A DNA stretch of 40,185 nucleotides from a bacterium (GTDB lineage: Bacteria > Fidelibacterota > JAANXI01): assembly GCA_035267465.1 (NCBI GenBank), contig DATFLS010000364.1:1-40185 (forward strand). Direction: 5' to 3'. Shown here piece after piece: positions 9,188 to 17,263 of the stretch (positions are counted from its first letter, which is position 1; each line of letters begins with the position of its first letter). Under the pieces are notes generated by a model, which saw nothing but the letters and a program-made list of their open reading frames with translations, did not search any database and was not told where the DNA came from. Both the position numbers and the translations under genes were made by a program.

Positions 9188-11659
9188 ATGCGAAAATTAC
9201 TGATTCTGCTAAGCGGTGCGGCTCTTCTGTGGATCGGTGCCTGCTATATTGACAATCCCACCCAGACGAACTTTCCCATGTGGCCGGTGCAGCTGGATGT
9301 CCCTCTGTACAAACAACATATGGGCTTTTCAGATATTCTGGATGATTCCCTTATTACGCAAGTAGTTGATACCGATGGCGACTCGCTTTATGCCATTCAA
9401 AAAGATATCCAGATTGATACCACCCGCCTTGATAACCAACTGGCATTTGACAATCTTACTCAATCGTTCACACAATCGATCGATGCTGTCACTATTGAAT
9501 CCACCCCCAAATCAGCCCATGCAGAAATCGGGAAAGTCGCGCTGGCCGATATCGGTCCCATCACCACCACCGAATTCATATTTGAGCAAATTATGCCGGC
9601 TGCCCTCGTAGATCCCCTCAGAACGGCCATCCAAATCAACGGAGGAACGGCCACAGTTGACAGCATTCCCAGTACGGACTTGGAACCGGTTACCAAGGCA
9701 TTCTCATTTGGTGATTTTGAGGGCGCAACGTTCGAATCCGGCACCATTGAAGTGACCGTGTACAATAACATGGTGATTCCATTCGGAAAGCCGTTCACCC
9801 TGAGTCTTATGGATACCATCGCCAATTCAGTTCAAGAGACAGTCTCCTTCTCAGAGTACATTCCGGAAAACTCCAGCGCGACCGAAACCATCGATCTGGC
9901 CGGGAAAACCCTCTCCAATATTAATGGCGTGCGAGTGAACGGAGAATCCGACGGCTCACAGGAACAGCCGGTTACCCTAACCGATGCCGATCTGCAGAGC
10001 GGATTCTCCCTGGAAGCCAATGTACGAAATATGGTTGTCTCCGCGGCGACGGCGAAAATTCCTTCCCAGATGATCGCAAACACCGATACGGTCGCGCTGC
10101 AGAATTCCGACGCCAAGATCGAGTCAGCCGAAATTTCCACAGGAAGCCTCGATATTGATGTCCAGAATACCATCGATCTGAACTCGGAAGTCACGCTTTC
10201 AATTCCATCTCTGGTTGATAACCAGAATAATCCGCTGGAAACAACGATTCAGCTGACTGCGCAAACAGACAATCAGACCAGTATCGACCTGTCCCCCTAT
10301 ACCCTGAACATGGATACGGCCGCACAACAGCTGGAATATAGTTATGAAATTCTCACGGCGGCCACCGATCCCAATCTCGCCACTATCCAGGAAAACGATA
10401 GCATCGATGTGCAAATTAACCTGCAGAACATCACTTTTTCTTCGATTACCGGATACTTTACTTCCAATGCGATAGTGGAAACCGACTCCATCGCACTCCA
10501 AACCGGTCATCAAATTCAGGAGGCGCTGCTTGATTCAGGGCAATTGGCCATCACCATTACTAATAACATGGGTGTGATGGCGGATGTATTTCTCTCGATC
10601 GATGAATTATATGAACCCGATCAATCCAGCTTCGCGGAAACCATTTCACTGCCGCCGCTGGGAGCCCAGCAATCTTCCGTGTTCAATCTCCGCAACCATA
10701 CCATCGAGATTGACGGCCAACAGCAGTCGTTGCATTACGAATCGCGTATCAACCTGGATCCCGAACAGCGGATGACTATTAATTTCGATGACTCTCTCGG
10801 AATTGACCTCGGACTGACCGATATAAATTTTGCCCATATCACCGGGATCGTTGAGCCAATCACAATTAAGATCGATACCGTTGAACAGGAAATCTCGACC
10901 CTGCCGGAGGAGCTGGATGGTATCGATCTCCAGGATGTCGATATGAGCCTGAATTTCGAAACGAATCTCCAGATCCCGGTATTTCTTGACCTGTCTATTT
11001 CCGCCTACAACAATCAGGGCGAATCCGATTCTATCGTCGTGAATGACTGGGATATCACACAACAGTCCACGCTGGTGATCGATCAGGCGGAAGATTTAAT
11101 TAATCTGCATCCGACAAAGTTTGTGGCCGCCGGTGCTGCCCGCATTGGTGACGGCGTCCAGTCGGCGACCGTGTCGAAAGGCGAATATGCTGCAGGGACC
11201 CTGAATATTCTCGCACCGCTTTCTTTCCAAATCAGTGAGGACATCAGCCAGGAAATTGATCCCCAGGAAGTCAGCGCAGACATCCCTGAGCAAGTCGAAG
11301 AGTTTATACTGTACACTGATATTGTGAACCAATTCTTGTTCGGTGCCACCGTGGAAGTGGTTGCTGCCCCTGATACCAATACCTTCCACAGCGGATCATC
11401 CATTAAACCAGATACCCTGGTCATCCTACGAATTGATCCCGGTGATCCTGACAACGCAGTATCGAAGGTGGATTCCGTCGTACTGAATGATTCGAAGATT
11501 GCCCTGTTCCAGGAACCGATCTATCTCAAGACCAATGTCAGTGTGATCGGGCAATCCAATGGATTGGCGACTAAAGTACGCTCCACGGATTCGCTCTTTA
11601 TCTCACTCTCCGGATCAGTGAAGTATCTCAACGACCATCTGGCATCCGAAAATGAATAG
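9188..11659 (+). CDS. Large acidic multi-module lipoprotein, unknown family (cassette 1)
   Basis: 823 aa. The signal peptide has lipobox LLWIGAC (Cys19), which is the only Cys in the protein. An SD (AGGAG) lies 8 nt upstream. The protein is very D/E/T/S/Q/N-rich. A motif G-x-L-x-I-x-V-x-N-N/T recurs about every 133 aa: GTIEVTVYNN at 185, GSLDIDVQNT at 319, GQLAITITNN at 451 and VDMSLNFETN at 584. It is collinear with the paralog at 13586-15625. Confidence 0.85.
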   Translation: MRKLLILLSGAALLWIGACYIDNPTQTNFPMWPVQLDVPLYKQHMGFSDILDDSLITQVVDTDGDSLYAIQKDIQIDTTRLDNQLAFDNLTQSFTQSIDAVTIESTPKSAHAEIGKVALADIGPITTTEFIFEQIMPAALVDPLRTAIQINGGTATVDSIPSTDLEPVTKAFSFGDFEGATFESGTIEVTVYNNMVIPFGKPFTLSLMDTIANSVQETVSFSEYIPENSSATETIDLAGKTLSNINGVRVNGESDGSQEQPVTLTDADLQSGFSLEANVRNMVVSAATAKIPSQMIANTDTVALQNSDAKIESAEISTGSLDIDVQNTIDLNSEVTLSIPSLVDNQNNPLETTIQLTAQTDNQTSIDLSPYTLNMDTAAQQLEYSYEILTAATDPNLATIQENDSIDVQINLQNITFSSITGYFTSNAIVETDSIALQTGHQIQEALLDSGQLAITITNNMGVMADVFLSIDELYEPDQSSFAETISLPPLGAQQSSVFNLRNHTIEIDGQQQSLHYESRINLDPEQRMTINFDDSLGIDLGLTDINFAHITGIVEPITIKIDTVEQEISTLPEELDGIDLQDVDMSLNFETNLQIPVFLDLSISAYNNQGESDSIVVNDWDITQQSTLVIDQAEDLINLHPTKFVAAGAARIGDGVQSATVSKGEYAAGTLNILAPLSFQISEDISQEIDPQEVSADIPEQVEEFILYTDIVNQFLFGATVEVVAAPDTNTFHSGSSIKPDTLVILRIDPGDPDNAVSKVDSVVLNDSKIALFQEPIYLKTNVSVIGQSNGLATKVRSTDSLFISLSGSVKYLNDHLASENE

Positions 11660-11670
11660 GAGAAACCATT

Positions 11671-12957
11671 ATGAAATTGCGACACATATTAGCCGTCATT
11701 TTATCACTGCTCATTGCAGACACTGGGTATAGCCAGACCTATTTGAGCCCGCGCAGTATTGGTTACGCACAAACGTATGCCACTCAATCGCGCGGAGCGG
11801 ATGCTATCGGATGGAATCCTGCGAACCTCGGCTATGAAGACAATCCCGGATTTTCACTGAGTTTCGGCGTTTTACCCTTTATCCCGTTCCCATCGGTTTA
11901 TCTGGGAAACACCTCCGTCTCAGCCTCCTGGTACGATAACAATTTCCGCCAGGGTGGTATGCTGGATGAGGCAGCGAAAGAGGAGATACTTTCCGTGTTC
12001 CCGGAGGACGGCTGGCGCCTTGATCCCCAGATATATCTTCGTCTGCTGGGTATGTCCATAGGCCGAACGGCCATCGCCCTGGATACCCAGGTGCTCAACT
12101 CTGTGGTCCTGCCAAAATCCATTCCGGAATTGCTGTTAGAGGGGATACAGTTCGATGATGTGGTGTCCCTCAATGAATTTCATGTGGAAAGCCTCTCATC
12201 TGCAACGTTCTCGGTGGCTCATGGATTTCCCATCCATCTCCCGTACGTTCCGGAATTTTCTCTGGGAGTGGGCGTGAAAGCCATTGCCGGATTGGCATAT
12301 GCCGCCACAGACAGCTTTTCCGGAGGATTGACCACCTACCGGGATCGCATCGTTGCCGATGGAAATGCCATAGCCAGGTATACCCTGGGTGGATACGGCT
12401 ATGCTTTCGATCTGGGGATTTCTTCCCGATTAACAGACCGCATTACCGGAAGCCTGGCCCTGAATAATCTTATGGGATCAATCACATGGACAGATGATTA
12501 TACCCAAACGCATCATTATGCCTTTAACCTGTCCACAGAGGTGCAGGATCTCTACGATTCCAATCTTGATTCGCTGATGACAAACGCCCTCACTGCGGAC
12601 ACCTCCTATGCCTCCAGCGGCTTCACTACACCTTACCCATCTTATCTTGTTGCCGGTGTGCAGTACGATCTGCTCTCACGAGTTCGCCTCTTTGTCAATT
12701 ACAAACTGGGTCTGTCCGATTTACTGATCTCGCCGACTCAACCGAGGATATCCTTTGCCGGCGAACTCAGACCGCTCAAATGGTTCCCCATTCGGTTCGG
12801 TATTACCAACGGGAACCTGAATAAATTTGAATGGGGGGCCGGATTCGGTTTGGAATTCTCACACTACTCTCTCCTGTTCGGATTTTCGCAGACCGGCGGC
12901 TTTTTCAATAGCGCCACCGGATTTTCGCTCGCCGTCGGACAGGAATTAGTATTCTAA
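11671..12957 (+). CDS. Outer-membrane beta-barrel protein, FadL/PorV-like (cassette 1)
   Basis: 428 aa, starting 11 nt after the lipoprotein stop with its own SD (AGGAG). It has a signal peptide (cleavage around YSQ/TY). The N-terminal plug-like segment GYAQTYATQSRGADAIGWNPANLG carries an NPA motif like the FadL-family hatch. Amphipathic beta-strand patterning runs throughout and the protein ends in an aromatic residue (GQELVF). No Cys. Confidence 0.8.
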   Translation: MKLRHILAVILSLLIADTGYSQTYLSPRSIGYAQTYATQSRGADAIGWNPANLGYEDNPGFSLSFGVLPFIPFPSVYLGNTSVSASWYDNNFRQGGMLDEAAKEEILSVFPEDGWRLDPQIYLRLLGMSIGRTAIALDTQVLNSVVLPKSIPELLLEGIQFDDVVSLNEFHVESLSSATFSVAHGFPIHLPYVPEFSLGVGVKAIAGLAYAATDSFSGGLTTYRDRIVADGNAIARYTLGGYGYAFDLGISSRLTDRITGSLALNNLMGSITWTDDYTQTHHYAFNLSTEVQDLYDSNLDSLMTNALTADTSYASSGFTTPYPSYLVAGVQYDLLSRVRLFVNYKLGLSDLLISPTQPRISFAGELRPLKWFPIRFGITNGNLNKFEWGAGFGLEFSHYSLLFGFSQTGGFFNSATGFSLAVGQELVF

Positions 12958-12991
12958 GTTCTGAATCCGGCTGTATCGTTACCAGTTTGCA

Positions 12992-13030
12992 GGGAGGTCT
13001 GCAACATCTGCAGACCTCCTCTCTTTCATT
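12992..13030 (+). terminator. Rho-independent terminator after cassette 1
   Basis: A perfect 11-bp stem pairs GGAGGTCTGCA (12993-13003) with TGCAGACCTCC (13009-13019) around a 5-nt loop. It is followed by the T-rich tract TCTCTTTCATT and lies 36 nt after the barrel stop codon. Confidence 0.65.
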
Positions 13031-13195
13031 ATCACGCCGAATTTTCTGATTCATAATACACCAGGAAGACAGACACCATAACACCGGCGATTCATTCTAC
13101 GAATCCGGAATCTTATATGATAATATAACTCCTAATAAATTCAATGATGTAGTGCAAGAATCACCATCTGAATCCAAATATTTTTTAATTTTTTA

Positions 13196-13223
13196 TTGTA
13201 TATAAGCAACTTATTCTTATAAC
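13196..13223 (+). promoter_or_regulatory. Candidate sigma70-type promoter for cassette 2
   Basis: TTGTAT (13196-13201), a 16-nt spacer, then TATAAC (13218-13223), preceded by an A/T-rich UP-like tract (AAATATTTTTTAATTTTTTAT). The -10 overlaps the first 11-bp direct repeat. The match is weak and the call rests on position only. Confidence 0.3.
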
Positions 13224-13241
13224 TTACAGGTAACTTACAGG
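13220..13241. repeat. Perfect tandem direct repeat, 2 x 11 bp (TAACTTACAGG)
   Basis: TAACTTACAGG occurs at 13220-13230 and again at 13231-13241, with a partial third copy (AACTTA) at 13208-13213. It lies in the AT-rich spacer 345 nt upstream of the cassette-2 start codon. Confidence 0.9.
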
Positions 13242-13585
13242 ATGATCGACATTACAAAAATATTGGAGTGTCGCACGTTTCTGGAGGGTAATCGAATCAA
13301 GTCACTGATTTCTGTGATGAAAATCATACAAACTTTCCAAATAGATCCTAACTTCAGTAACACCAGAGGATAACTGCTGATTCTTCCCCCGGATGTCATA
13401 TCCGTCGGAGAAGACGAACCGGAAGTGAACGACAGTGATCAGCTGAAACCTGCCGGGGAGGTGAATCCGCACAGGTATAGGGAAACGGATCGCATTTCCG
13501 GTCAGGTTCCGAATACATAAGTGCTCTTTCAAAACAGAGCTATTTTCACTTCAACCGAAAGCATTACAAGTGTGAGGATGGTATT

Positions 13586-15625
13586 ATGCACAAAAAAATC
13601 ACTATCATAGTCGTACTGGCGCTGGCTATTCTTGCGGGCTGCTATATTGAGAATCCCACCCAGTTGAACTTTCCGACCTGGTCCGTTAATCTGGAGGTGC
13701 CCCTGCTGAAGCAGACCATCTACTTCGATGATATACTGAGTGATACGGTGTTAACTACTACCGCACTCGAAGAGGGCTCTTCGGACTCGGTTTTTGCCTT
13801 TCAAAAGGCATTCGACATCGATTCGGTAATTATTGACGAGCAGCTGGACTACAATGAGGTTCAAAAATCCAGATCGAAAGCCATCGACACGATCTCTCTG
13901 GCCCCCCCGGCTCCCTTTGAAACCGAGAGCTTCGCGTTCCGGGACATCATGCCCAGCTCGATTATCGATCCTATCGAAACCGCCCTGAGTTCCCAGGACA
14001 CCGTTACCACCATTATTGTTGAGAAGGATCTTCAGACCCAGACGAAGTCAATCAGCTTCAATTCATTCCGGAGAGCCGTTATCAGCGACGGCTTCCTCGA
14101 CATCACCGTTCATAATAATATGTTCATACCGCTTGGAGCCCCCATCACGGTGATATTGGAGAACAGTGAAGGGAGCATCATTGACTCGGTGGAATTTACC
14201 AACCGCATCCCAACCAACGGAGACGAGACACAGAGCCTCGATATCTCTGGAAAAGTATTCACCGGCGATATAACGGTATCGGTCACCGGTCATAGTGAGG
14301 GTTCGGATGGGCCTGTCGATATCACACAGAAAGAGCTTGCCAGCGGCTTTTCTATTACCGCGGAGATCCATAACCAGGGGGATAATTTGAAAGTCACCTC
14401 CGCCACCGCCCAAATACCAGGCCAGACCATTCAGGATGCGGACACCGTTGCTCTTCAGGCGGACACGAAAGTTGAACAGGCTGTTCTGAATACGGGAATG
14501 CTTACATTGGACATTGCCAACAACCTTGAGTTAAACGCGGATCTTCACCTGACCGTGCATTCCCTGGTAGATGAGTTCGGGACTCCTTTTCAACTCAATC
14601 TGGATGTTCCGGCAAGTTCTCAGGTGAACCGGCAATCCGATCTCTCTGCATATACTTTGCAAATGCCAATCTCCCAACAGGAGATACCATACAGTTATAC
14701 AGTAAACACAGAAGATACCGGAGAAAATTTTGCCACCGTTGCATCCGATGACAGCGTGGAACTGGATATTCAGATGGGTAACCTCACCTTCGAAGAACTC
14801 ACCGGAACTATCGCTCCCCAAACCGTCGATTTCGAAAGTGTTGAGCAAGAGCTGACGGAGTTACCGGAGGACCTGAGAGGTATCGAACTGCAAAACGTCG
14901 ATATGATTCTCGATGTGGACACCGATGTCGATATTCCGGTGTTTCTGGATATGAAACTGATCTCTGTGAACAGTGCGGGCGAGTCAGACTCTCTGGAGGT
15001 GACCAACCACAATATCACAGAGAATCCCCAGGTGATCTTCGAGAATGCAGCGCCTCTGCTCAATTTATTTCCTGAGAAAATATTTGCCGTCGGAACCGCC
15101 ACCATAGGGGAGGAAGGTCATATCGGAACGGTCACCAGAGGACAGTATGTCACCGGCGAATTGAATATCACCGCGCCGTTCCAGTTCAACATCGCTGAAA
15201 ATCCCCGGGTCGAACTGGATCCGGAGCTGGTGGATGAAGAGCTGCCCGAACAGGTAGAAGGCATGCAGTTGTTCGCTCTGATGGAGAATGCCTTTGAAAT
15301 TGGCGCCAGTGTGGAAATTTATGCCGCCAAAGATACGACCTCGTTCGAAGACGATTCCCCGGACTCTTCCCTGGGGATTTTCACCATCGCTGCTGATAGC
15401 GCCTCGCTGGATTCACTCGTGCTTGACCAATCTGACGTCAGCTTGTTTCAGAAACCAGTTTACATCAAAACGATTGTGAACATGATGGGGAAAAACGGAA
15501 GTGAAACCTCACAAATTCTTTCGACTGATTCCCTGCAAATTACCCTCTACGGAAAAGCACAATATCTGAATGACCAATTACATAATCTGAATGATGATTC
15601 AACCGATATGGCCGAACAGGAGTAA
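13586..15625 (+). CDS. Large acidic multi-module lipoprotein, paralog (cassette 2)
   Basis: 679 aa with lipobox LAILAGC, its only Cys, and an SD (GAGGA) 7 nt upstream. The mature N-terminus CYIENPTQLNFPTWSVNLEVPLLKQ aligns with CYIDNPTQTNFPMWPVQLDVPLYKQ of the first copy. The two are collinear to the C-terminus (STDSLQITLYGKAQYLND vs STDSLFISLSGSVKYLND). It has three rather than four copies of the roughly 133-aa module. Confidence 0.85.
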   Translation: MHKKITIIVVLALAILAGCYIENPTQLNFPTWSVNLEVPLLKQTIYFDDILSDTVLTTTALEEGSSDSVFAFQKAFDIDSVIIDEQLDYNEVQKSRSKAIDTISLAPPAPFETESFAFRDIMPSSIIDPIETALSSQDTVTTIIVEKDLQTQTKSISFNSFRRAVISDGFLDITVHNNMFIPLGAPITVILENSEGSIIDSVEFTNRIPTNGDETQSLDISGKVFTGDITVSVTGHSEGSDGPVDITQKELASGFSITAEIHNQGDNLKVTSATAQIPGQTIQDADTVALQADTKVEQAVLNTGMLTLDIANNLELNADLHLTVHSLVDEFGTPFQLNLDVPASSQVNRQSDLSAYTLQMPISQQEIPYSYTVNTEDTGENFATVASDDSVELDIQMGNLTFEELTGTIAPQTVDFESVEQELTELPEDLRGIELQNVDMILDVDTDVDIPVFLDMKLISVNSAGESDSLEVTNHNITENPQVIFENAAPLLNLFPEKIFAVGTATIGEEGHIGTVTRGQYVTGELNITAPFQFNIAENPRVELDPELVDEELPEQVEGMQLFALMENAFEIGASVEIYAAKDTTSFEDDSPDSSLGIFTIAADSASLDSLVLDQSDVSLFQKPVYIKTIVNMMGKNGSETSQILSTDSLQITLYGKAQYLNDQLHNLNDDSTDMAEQE

Positions 15626-15630
15626 ATAGA

Positions 15631-16923
15631 ATGAAATTTTACTGGCAATATATGCGAATCTTGTTGATAGGTGTCATCATCACCGGAACTGCGCGAAGTC
15701 AGCCATACATTAGTCCCCGCAGTATGGCATTCTCGGGCGCTTATGCCACGCAGGCCCGCGGAGTGGAAGTCCTTGGCTGGAATCCGGCGAATCTCGGATA
15801 CGCAGATAATCCGGGCTTTATGTTAAGTTTCGGTGTGCTGCCACTGGTACCGTTTCCCTCTATATCCCTTGCAAACAACACTATAACTCCCTCGTTATAT
15901 AATACGTATTTTCATCAGGGGGACCATCTGGATGACATGAAAAAACAAGCCTTGCTGGCAAATTTTCCCGAGAAAGGTACCGAGGTGTATCCCCAGGTAT
16001 CTATGCGATTGTTCGGGATATCGTTCGGCCGCACCGCTCTGGCTCTGGATGTCCAGGCGCTGGGTGCGGGAACCATTCCCAAGTCCGTACCGAATCTCGC
16101 ATTCCTGGGAAATGAATTCGATGCGCCGATATCTCTGGAAAATATCAATGTTGAGACACTCGGAGTGACTAGCCTGTCAATCGCCCATGCGTTTTCTCTC
16201 ACCATTCCGTATTTCCAGGAGACCTACCTCGGCGTTGGCGTCAAGGCGCTTGGCGGCGGGGGGTATGCTCACACCGAAGAAGTCTCCGGTGAACTGACTC
16301 TATCCCGGGACCGCATTATCGCACAGGGAGACGCCACCGCCAAATATAGTCTGGTGGGATACGGATATGCATTCGATCTTGGTGCGGCAGCAAAGATCAA
16401 TGAGAGAATGACGGCTAATCTGGCCCTGAACAATCTTCTGGGCAGAATTAACTGGACAGACGAAAATACCGAACTCTACGAATATAGTTTCGATTTTGAA
16501 CTCAACTCCCGGGATATCCCCGATCTTAACGCCGATTCACTGATGGAAGCCTCTGTGAACACTGATACGGCATATGCCGCACCCGGATTTAACACCGCCT
16601 ACCCAACCTATCTCGTCGCCGGCTTCCAGTACGATCCAATCTCGCCCCTCAGTGTCTTTGTGAATTATCGGATGGGGTTTTCAAATCAGCTCATGAGCAC
16701 CACCAAACCGCGACTGTCAGTCGCAGGGGAATACATGCTGGCTCGCTGGTTTCCTGTGCGGTTCGGTCTGCACGTCGGAGGGCTCCACAATTTCGGATGG
16801 GGTACCGGACTGGGATTGGAGTTCAACCACTACCGCCTTGTCTTTGGCTTCTCGCAGACCGGGGGATTCTTTAATAACGCCAAAGGATTCTCGCTGGCAT
16901 TGGGTCAGGAGCTGGTCTTTTGA
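15631..16923 (+). CDS. Outer-membrane beta-barrel protein, FadL/PorV-like, paralog (cassette 2)
   Basis: 430 aa, starting 5 nt after the lipoprotein stop with an SD (AGGAG). A hand alignment of about 115 N-terminal residues gives roughly 55% identity to the 11671-12957 product. Shared segments include GWNPANLGY.DNPGF.LSFGVLP, GYGYAFDLG and the C-terminus GFSQTGGFFN.A.GFSLA.GQELVF. Confidence 0.8.
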   Translation: MKFYWQYMRILLIGVIITGTARSQPYISPRSMAFSGAYATQARGVEVLGWNPANLGYADNPGFMLSFGVLPLVPFPSISLANNTITPSLYNTYFHQGDHLDDMKKQALLANFPEKGTEVYPQVSMRLFGISFGRTALALDVQALGAGTIPKSVPNLAFLGNEFDAPISLENINVETLGVTSLSIAHAFSLTIPYFQETYLGVGVKALGGGGYAHTEEVSGELTLSRDRIIAQGDATAKYSLVGYGYAFDLGAAAKINERMTANLALNNLLGRINWTDENTELYEYSFDFELNSRDIPDLNADSLMEASVNTDTAYAAPGFNTAYPTYLVAGFQYDPISPLSVFVNYRMGFSNQLMSTTKPRLSVAGEYMLARWFPVRFGLHVGGLHNFGWGTGLGLEFNHYRLVFGFSQTGGFFNNAKGFSLALGQELVF

Positions 16924-17118
16924 TCACTACAACCTCGGGGTAATGATACGGAGTTGCATCCATTGAAATACTGAGGGGAAGACAGGTAATACCGAAAGAT
17001 GAAAATTCCCTGGCAGGCGGGGTGAGTGACGAGTTGAGATGTTTAGTGAACCCTTTGTGTGAAATGATTTGTTTTCGAAGCTTACACAACCTGGGAAACC
17101 TGCGAACCCGGCAATCAT

Positions 17119-17145
17119 GTCATTCTGAACGAAGTGAAGAATCTC
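17119..17145. repeat. Single copy of a short dispersed-repeat-like motif (GTCATTCTGAACGAAGTGAAGAATCTC)
   Basis: This intergenic 27-mer translates as VILNEVKNL / HSERSEES on the plus strand and EILHFVQND on the minus strand. These peptide strings resemble the VILSEAKNL / HSERSEES / EILRFAQND strings I recall from many spurious small ORFs across bacterial phyla. That link is from memory, not a search. Confidence 0.35.
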
Positions 17146-17221
17146 CTTCGATGGGGAGCAGCTCGCTGATGGGGATTCCCTATGCGGATGTGACAACTCT
17201 CTGTTCCACTGGAATAGACGG

Positions 17222-17243
17222 CTTGTTCACTGATAGGAACAAG
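17222..17243 (+). terminator. Weak hairpin between convergent genes
   Basis: A 7-bp stem pairs CTTGTTC (17222-17228) with GAACAAG (17237-17243) around an 8-nt loop, followed by GTTGTATTT. It lies between the cassette-2 barrel (+) and the S9 peptidase (-). Confidence 0.3.
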
Positions 17244-17263
17244 GTTGTATTTCGCGATCAACT

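Noticed and set aside
13220-13241. Possible CRISPR or other repeat array.
   Set aside because: There are only two adjacent 11-bp copies with no spacers, and no cas genes in the window. I treat it as a candidate operator or simple tandem duplication instead.
13479-13494. aGGgaaacggatcGCa with correct GG-N10-GC spacing, about 90 nt upstream of cassette 2.
   Set aside because: Only the four invariant bases match and the flanking consensus (TGGCAC / TTGCA) is absent. A match of this quality is expected by chance. No comparable site lies upstream of cassette 1.
16982-16989. Recurrence of the 8-mer ACAGGTAA/TTACCTGT. It occurs in the 11-bp repeat junction at 13226, at 16982, at 1742, at 23999 upstream of sdhC, and at 2242 inside the regulator gene.
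   Set aside because: Five hits against about one expected is suggestive. However, the counts are tiny, one copy is coding, and the flanks do not align. I cannot judge significance without a genome-wide count.
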